A stretch of DNA of 64,000 nt from Cyanobacteriota bacterium. Lineage in GTDB: Bacteria > Cyanobacteriota > Cyanobacteriia > Thermostichales > Thermostichaceae. Below the pieces are notes generated by a model. That model ran no database searches and was not told the origin of the DNA. It saw only the letters and a program-made list of their open reading frames with translations. Both the position numbers and the translations under genes were made by a program. This document shows positions 59,334 to 64,000 of the stretch, piece after piece. The number at the start of each line of letters is the position of its first letter. Position 1 is the stretch's first letter. The stretch lies in contig JANRIL010000024.1 in assembly GCA_033764955.1 (NCBI GenBank), positions 96,001 through 160,000 of the forward strand. The letters are read 5' to 3'.

Positions 59334-60416
59334 ATGATTGGCATGTTGGATATATTCACCCACTCCACTCCACTTTTTGCTAAAGCAGAGCTTTTTATTG
59401 TAGAAAATGGTATTCAAGTTTTATTTGCCCGCAAAGGCTTTTTTCTGCTGACCCAGTTGTTTAACGCTGTCAGCACTAGCTCTATTTTTCTGCTAATTGG
59501 CTTGGGTCTAGCGATTACCTTTGGCCTGATGGGGGTAATCAATATGGCTCACGGGGAATTCATTATGTTGGGTTGCTACACTACCTATGTGATGCAGCAA
59601 TATGTTTTTGGCCGATTGTTTTGCGGGGGAGGATGTGGGGGCAAGGAGGCATCTCAAATTACCGATTTCAGTCGAGCCTATTTTGAGGCTTATCCTCTTG
59701 CCTACAATCTCACCTATATCATCACGATAGTCGGGGCTTTTGTGGTAGCGGGCTGCCTGGGGATCCTTCTAGAAAGAGTGATTGTTAAACGATTGTATGG
59801 TCGATCGTTGGATACCTTAATGGCCACCTGGGGGTTTAGTTTGATCCTGCAACAGGCGGTCAGGATGATGTTTGGTGCTCAAAACGTGGATGTCAACAAA
59901 CCCTCCTTCTTAGGAAATCAGTTTCGCATCCCTGGGACACTCGTGACCCTTCCATTTACCCGTATCTTTATTTTGGTGGTGGCCATTCTGGTGCTGCTGG
60001 GATTGTTTCTCTTCCTGAGTCGCTCTCGATTTGGCCTAAGAATTCGGGCAGTCACCCAAAACCGCGCTATGGCAGCTTGTATGGGGATCCCGACTCAGCA
60101 GGTAGATGCTCTATCCTTTGGCATTGGCTCTGGGTTGGCAGGCATTTGTGGAGCCTTGATTACCCTAATTGGTTCTGTAGGGCCATCCACAGGGCAAAAC
60201 TTGATTGTTGATTCCTTCATGGTGGTGGTGATTGGCGGTGTAGGCAAGTTGATTGGCACCCTAGCTGGAGCCACTATTTTAGGGTTTTTGACTACCTTTA
60301 ATGAGTCTTTATTGAACGGCAGTCTAGGAAAAGCATTAACGTTTGCCATCGTTATTCTGGTGCTTCAGTTTAAGCCAGCAGGTTTATTTCCCCAAAAGGG
60401 GCGAGATGTTGAATAG
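59334..60416 (+). CDS. urtB: urea/amide ABC transporter permease
   Basis: GLAITFGLMGVINMAHGEF, LYGR.LDTL.ATWG.SLILQQ, VDSFMVVV.GGVG. Confidence 0.92.
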   Translation: MIGMLDIFTHSTPLFAKAELFIVENGIQVLFARKGFFLLTQLFNAVSTSSIFLLIGLGLAITFGLMGVINMAHGEFIMLGCYTTYVMQQYVFGRLFCGGGCGGKEASQITDFSRAYFEAYPLAYNLTYIITIVGAFVVAGCLGILLERVIVKRLYGRSLDTLMATWGFSLILQQAVRMMFGAQNVDVNKPSFLGNQFRIPGTLVTLPFTRIFILVVAILVLLGLFLFLSRSRFGLRIRAVTQNRAMAACMGIPTQQVDALSFGIGSGLAGICGALITLIGSVGPSTGQNLIVDSFMVVVIGGVGKLIGTLAGATILGFLTTFNESLLNGSLGKALTFAIVILVLQFKPAGLFPQKGRDVE

Positions 60417-60553
60417 ATACCTCAAATCAGATAATGAGTGAACAGGAAAGTTTGTTCAGCCATAACTTTTCCTCTGGAGAATATTAAGACATAATGATCC
60501 CGTTGATGTTGAGTGGCGTAAGTTCAATTGTTTTGTAGGATGGGTAATCAGCA

Positions 60554-61681
60554 ATGACTAGCACTTTGCAAGAAAATGAGTCTCAATTGGCTCGTCAACG
60601 ATCAAAACTGCAAGTAATAGAGATTGTTACTGTTGTATTTATTGCTGTCATCGCCATCTTTTTGCTCCCAGAAATTCTCAGCAACTTTCGCCTAAATCTT
60701 TTAGGGCGATGGATTGCACTAGCCATTGTGGCCGTTGGCATCGATTTGATATGGGGCTTTACAGGATTATTGAGTCTGGGGCATGGTGTTTACTTCGCCC
60801 TCGGAGGATATTGCCTGGGAATGCACCTGAAATTAATGGCTCCTAACCTGACAGGAGCCAGCAACCCCTCTGGTGAAACGATCCCTGACTTCATGGCCTA
60901 CGGTGGTTTGGAAGGGTTGCCGTGGTGGTGGGAACCATTTTATAACCCCTGGTTCGCTATGGCAGCCGTCATGTTTGTACCAGCAGTTCTTGCTTTCATT
61001 TTGGGTTATTTAATCTTCCGAAATCGTATCAAGGGGGTCTATTTTGCTATCATCTCTCAGGCTACCTCGCTAGTTCTAAGTGTTCTGCTAGTAGGATATC
61101 TAGAATACACGGCAGGAACCAACGGATTAACTGACTTTCAAACCTTTTTTGGAGCTGATATTAACACTCCAGAGACCCGTAGGGTTCTCTACATTGCTAG
61201 TTTCTTATTTCTGCTAGCAACCTATATTTTTGGCCGTTGGCTAACTTCTGGTAAATTTGGACGGTTGATGGTTGCAATCCGTGACGATGAGTTTCGCGCT
61301 CGTTATGCTGGCTACCATGTGGATTTTTATAAGTTAGTCGTCTATGTTGTATCGGCAATTATTGCAGGAATTGGAGGTGCCTTATTTGTTCCACAAGTGT
61401 TGATCATCAACCCTAGTCAAGCAGGAATTGTTCAGTCGATCGATTTTGTTATTTGGGTCGCGGTAGGCGGAAGGGCTAGCTTAGTGGGAGCAATTGTGGG
61501 GGCATTGTTGGTCAATGGCCTGAAAACCGGATTGAGTGAACGCTTCCCAGAATTTTGGATTTTGGTACAAGGATTGATGCTGCTTCTAGTGGTTGTATTT
61601 TTGCCCAAAGGAGTGATGGGAATCATTCGAGATGGATTTAGAAAGTTAGTTTTGCCAAAACAACCAGAAGCTTCTGCTTGA
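60554..61681 (+). CDS. urtC: urea/amide ABC transporter permease
   Basis: GIDLIWG.TGLLSLGHG, FRNRIKGVYF.I.SQA, AIRDDE.R, IWVAVGGR. Confidence 0.92.
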   Translation: MTSTLQENESQLARQRSKLQVIEIVTVVFIAVIAIFLLPEILSNFRLNLLGRWIALAIVAVGIDLIWGFTGLLSLGHGVYFALGGYCLGMHLKLMAPNLTGASNPSGETIPDFMAYGGLEGLPWWWEPFYNPWFAMAAVMFVPAVLAFILGYLIFRNRIKGVYFAIISQATSLVLSVLLVGYLEYTAGTNGLTDFQTFFGADINTPETRRVLYIASFLFLLATYIFGRWLTSGKFGRLMVAIRDDEFRARYAGYHVDFYKLVVYVVSAIIAGIGGALFVPQVLIINPSQAGIVQSIDFVIWVAVGGRASLVGAIVGALLVNGLKTGLSERFPEFWILVQGLMLLLVVVFLPKGVMGIIRDGFRKLVLPKQPEASA

Positions 61682-61726
61682 GATTCAGCTAAAGATTCAC
61701 GATGTCGCAACGTTTAACGGGGATTG

Positions 61727-62491
61727 ATGGTTATGTCACAGGATATTATTCGTTTAGAACAGATTACGGTTAGTTTTGACGGATTCAAAGCTATCAATGA
61801 TCTAAATTTCTCGATGCAAGAGGGTGAGCTTCGGGTTGTAATTGGGCCAAACGGAGCTGGAAAAACGACATTGTGTGATGTTATTACTGGAAAGGTCAAA
61901 CCCTCCCATGGCAAGGTATTTTTTCATGATAAAGAGATTACCAATATTCCCGAGTACAAGATAGCTAGGATGGGTATTGGCCGAAAGTTTCAAACTCCTC
62001 GTATCTTTCTTAATCTAACGGTCTTTGAAAATATTGAGTTGGCTTACAATCCTAATAAGGGTGTTCTCAGCACCCTATTTTCTAAGCGAACCAAAGCCGA
62101 TCAAGAAAAGATTTTGAGTGTGATCGAAACCTGTGGTCTGACTCGCGTTGTTCACTGGCCTGCCGGTATTCTTTCCCACGGTCAAAAACAATGGTTAGAA
62201 ATTGGCATGATGGTGGCTCAGGATCCTGATCTCTTGCTATTGGACGAATGTGTAGCCGGAATGACGGATAAAGAAACGGAGGCAACCGCCGAATTGATCC
62301 AAGTTTTATCGAAGGAACATGCCATTTTGGTGATTGAGCATGATATGGTCTTTGTCCGACAAATTGCTCGCCAAGTAACGGTTCTTCACCAGGGTATGAT
62401 GTTGTGTGAAGGTAGCTTTGATGAAGTACAAAATGATAGTCGAGTCATCGAAGTGTATCTAGGTACTCACAAGGAAAAAGCTGTTGCCTAA
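61727..62491 (+). CDS. urtD: urea/amide ABC transporter ATP-binding protein
   Basis: VSFDGFKA, GPNGAGKTT, GIGRKFQTP, LSHGQKQWLEIGM, VIEHDM. Confidence 0.93.
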   Translation: MVMSQDIIRLEQITVSFDGFKAINDLNFSMQEGELRVVIGPNGAGKTTLCDVITGKVKPSHGKVFFHDKEITNIPEYKIARMGIGRKFQTPRIFLNLTVFENIELAYNPNKGVLSTLFSKRTKADQEKILSVIETCGLTRVVHWPAGILSHGQKQWLEIGMMVAQDPDLLLLDECVAGMTDKETEATAELIQVLSKEHAILVIEHDMVFVRQIARQVTVLHQGMMLCEGSFDEVQNDSRVIEVYLGTHKEKAVA

Positions 62492-62651
62492 CCTCTCTGG
62501 CAACTCATTTTTTGCAAGTAAATTGATGAACCTGTGAACAGAACAATATCGGTGGAAGTCTGGCGGAAATAGATTGGTTCGATTTGGTCAGGCTGCTTTT
62601 TATGGGTGAATGGAAGGTATTGGATTGACGTTGTGATTGAGGTTTTACACT

Positions 62652-63380
62652 ATGGTAGCGGCTCCTTCGATTGCCACAAAACCCCTCCTAGAGGTTCAGG
62701 ATCTCAACATTTATTATGGGGGTAGCCATATTGTCAAAGACCTTTCCTTTAAGATTATGCCCGGTCAAGCCGTTTGCTTGTTAGGGCGGAATGGCATGGG
62801 CAAAACCACGACACTGAAAACTATTATGGGATTGCTCAAACAGCGCAGTGGATCCCTAGTTTTGGACGGGGATCCCATTTCTGACTTTTTCCCCAATCAG
62901 AGAGCCTGTGCTGGTATTGGCTATGTTCCACAGGGGCGTGAAATTTTTCCTAAGTTAACGGTTGAGGAAAACCTGCTCGTCGGACTGGAAGCCGCGGCTG
63001 GTAATGTCAAAAAAATTCCTGATTTTGTCTATGAGCTTTTTCCTATCCTTAAGTCATTCCTCAAACGATTTGGTGGTGATTTGAGTGGAGGTCAGCAGCA
63101 ACAACTGGCGATTGCCCGTGCCCTTGTAGCTAACCCCAAAGTATTGATTTTAGATGAACCGACAGAAGGGATCCAGCCCTCCATTATCATTGAGATTGAG
63201 GATGCTATTACCAAGATCAAGCAAGAGAAGGGGATAGCGGTTCTGCTGGTTGAACAGTATTTTCAGTTTGCCCAAAGCTTAGCAGATTACTTTTATCTAA
63301 TTGAGAATGGCTCTCTTGTGATGGAAGGACTGACTTCTGAGATGGATGTGGTTAAGGTTCAATCTTATTTATCCGTCTAG
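62652..63380 (+). CDS. urtE: urea/amide ABC transporter ATP-binding protein
   Basis: GRNGMGKTT, YVPQGREIF, LSGGQQQQLAIARAL, LDEPTEGIQPSII. Confidence 0.93.
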   Translation: MVAAPSIATKPLLEVQDLNIYYGGSHIVKDLSFKIMPGQAVCLLGRNGMGKTTTLKTIMGLLKQRSGSLVLDGDPISDFFPNQRACAGIGYVPQGREIFPKLTVEENLLVGLEAAAGNVKKIPDFVYELFPILKSFLKRFGGDLSGGQQQQLAIARALVANPKVLILDEPTEGIQPSIIIEIEDAITKIKQEKGIAVLLVEQYFQFAQSLADYFYLIENGSLVMEGLTSEMDVVKVQSYLSV

Positions 63381-63407
63381 ATTCACCTGTCTGAATAGTC
63401 TGTCTTT

Positions 63408-63638
63408 GTGGCAAAATCAGTGAGGGTTTTTAGGAACAAAAAACTGATGAAAGTAGAGTTTAAGCCAATTGCGGCACGGGTTCTTCCCTATGCCTTTGTT
63501 TGTTTTAGTTGCTGGCTCTTGATCAGTGGGCAAATTAGTGATGATGCCTTCCTTTGGATATTTTTAGGCTTTGCCTTAGTCAGCTATTTTTCTAGACGCA
63601 AAGCCGAAAACTCTAGCGAAAAATCTTCTAAGGAGTAG
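63408..63638 (+). CDS. hypothetical small membrane protein
   Basis: Two hydrophobic segments and a charged tail; 27 bp after urtE; start uncertain. Confidence 0.45.
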   Translation: MAKSVRVFRNKKLMKVEFKPIAARVLPYAFVCFSCWLLISGQISDDAFLWIFLGFALVSYFSRRKAENSSEKSSKE

Positions 63639-63684
63639 GTTGAGTTGTTCAGGAGATGGTGTTGGCGGAATTAGAACAACCACC

Positions 63685-63975
63685 TTAAAACCCTTGACTA
63701 CGCTCTCTTCTAATTTTTAGGTAATGTTGGGTTGTCAAAATTGAAGTGAGCACGAAAAATAGAGTAAGACCCTCAAAAATTAACCATGATTCCAGAGTGT
63801 TACTCTGATGGCTAAGTTCTTCACAGTTAGTGATCAAACAACTAATAGCTACTACATTCGAGGCAAGCAGAGGCAGGCTGAATAGACCTGCTAGGATGCC
63901 AGTACACAATAAATAGGACTCTGGCAGAATCAGAAAGGAAAAGAGTTTGGACTGTTTATTGATGACCTCATTCAA
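63685..63975 (-). CDS. hypothetical membrane protein (frame stays open to the window edge; may be partial)
   Basis: Two hydrophobic segments; no upstream in-frame stop before 64000. Confidence 0.4.
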   Translation of the reverse strand: MNEVINKQSKLFSFLILPESYLLCTGILAGLFSLPLLASNVVAISCLITNCEELSHQSNTLESWLIFEGLTLFFVLTSILTTQHYLKIRRERSQGF

Positions 63976-64000
63976 GCGATTGTTAGCATTTTCGGGCGAG

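Larger units (their letters stand above)
1..64000. repeat. dispersed highly iterated palindrome GGGATCCC (HIP1 variant)
   Basis: At least 14 copies counted by eye in the first 10 kb (e.g. 200, 590, 1873), against about 0.2 expected by chance; it recurs throughout the window. Confidence 0.9.

Noticed and set aside
1..64000. CRISPR array or cas genes
   Set aside because: No regularly spaced 25-45 bp direct repeats were seen; the only RNA-guided nuclease is the IS-borne TnpB.

Overview
64 kb of a cyanobacterial chromosome. The palindrome GGGATCCC is very abundant, a HIP1 variant known from the hot-spring Synechococcus OS-A/OS-B' (Thermostichus) lineage, so that lineage is the likely source (inference). 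Most of the window is housekeeping genes: pstS, ndhM, atpC, hemY, pcrA, narM, frmA, argJ, cinA, ftrC, psbX, ftn2, hisB, cysE and tRNA-Gly(CCC). The right end is a nitrogen cluster (ntcA, MOSC protein, fmdBA, urtABCDE-like ABC transporter) with three well-formed NtcA promoters. Mobile or decaying DNA comprises an intact TnpB-only IS200/IS605 element (27066-28455) and a debris region (about 45.9-47.2 kb) holding a mobA fragment, a UPF0175/DUF3368 remnant and an IS5 remnant with a nested 166-bp MITE. A DUF6883/DUF4926-like gene pair follows it. The most interesting candidate is a 73-aa basic protein (44546-44767) with a GKGG motif, an intrinsic terminator inside its own ORF and a C-terminal -LLLAA. 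This is the architecture of ArfA/BrfA-type alternative ribosome-rescue factors. Also notable is an Ftn2/ARC6 whose periplasmic domain looks like SH3b rather than DUF4101. No CRISPR array or rRNA was seen. All family calls are by motif recognition, with no database searches.
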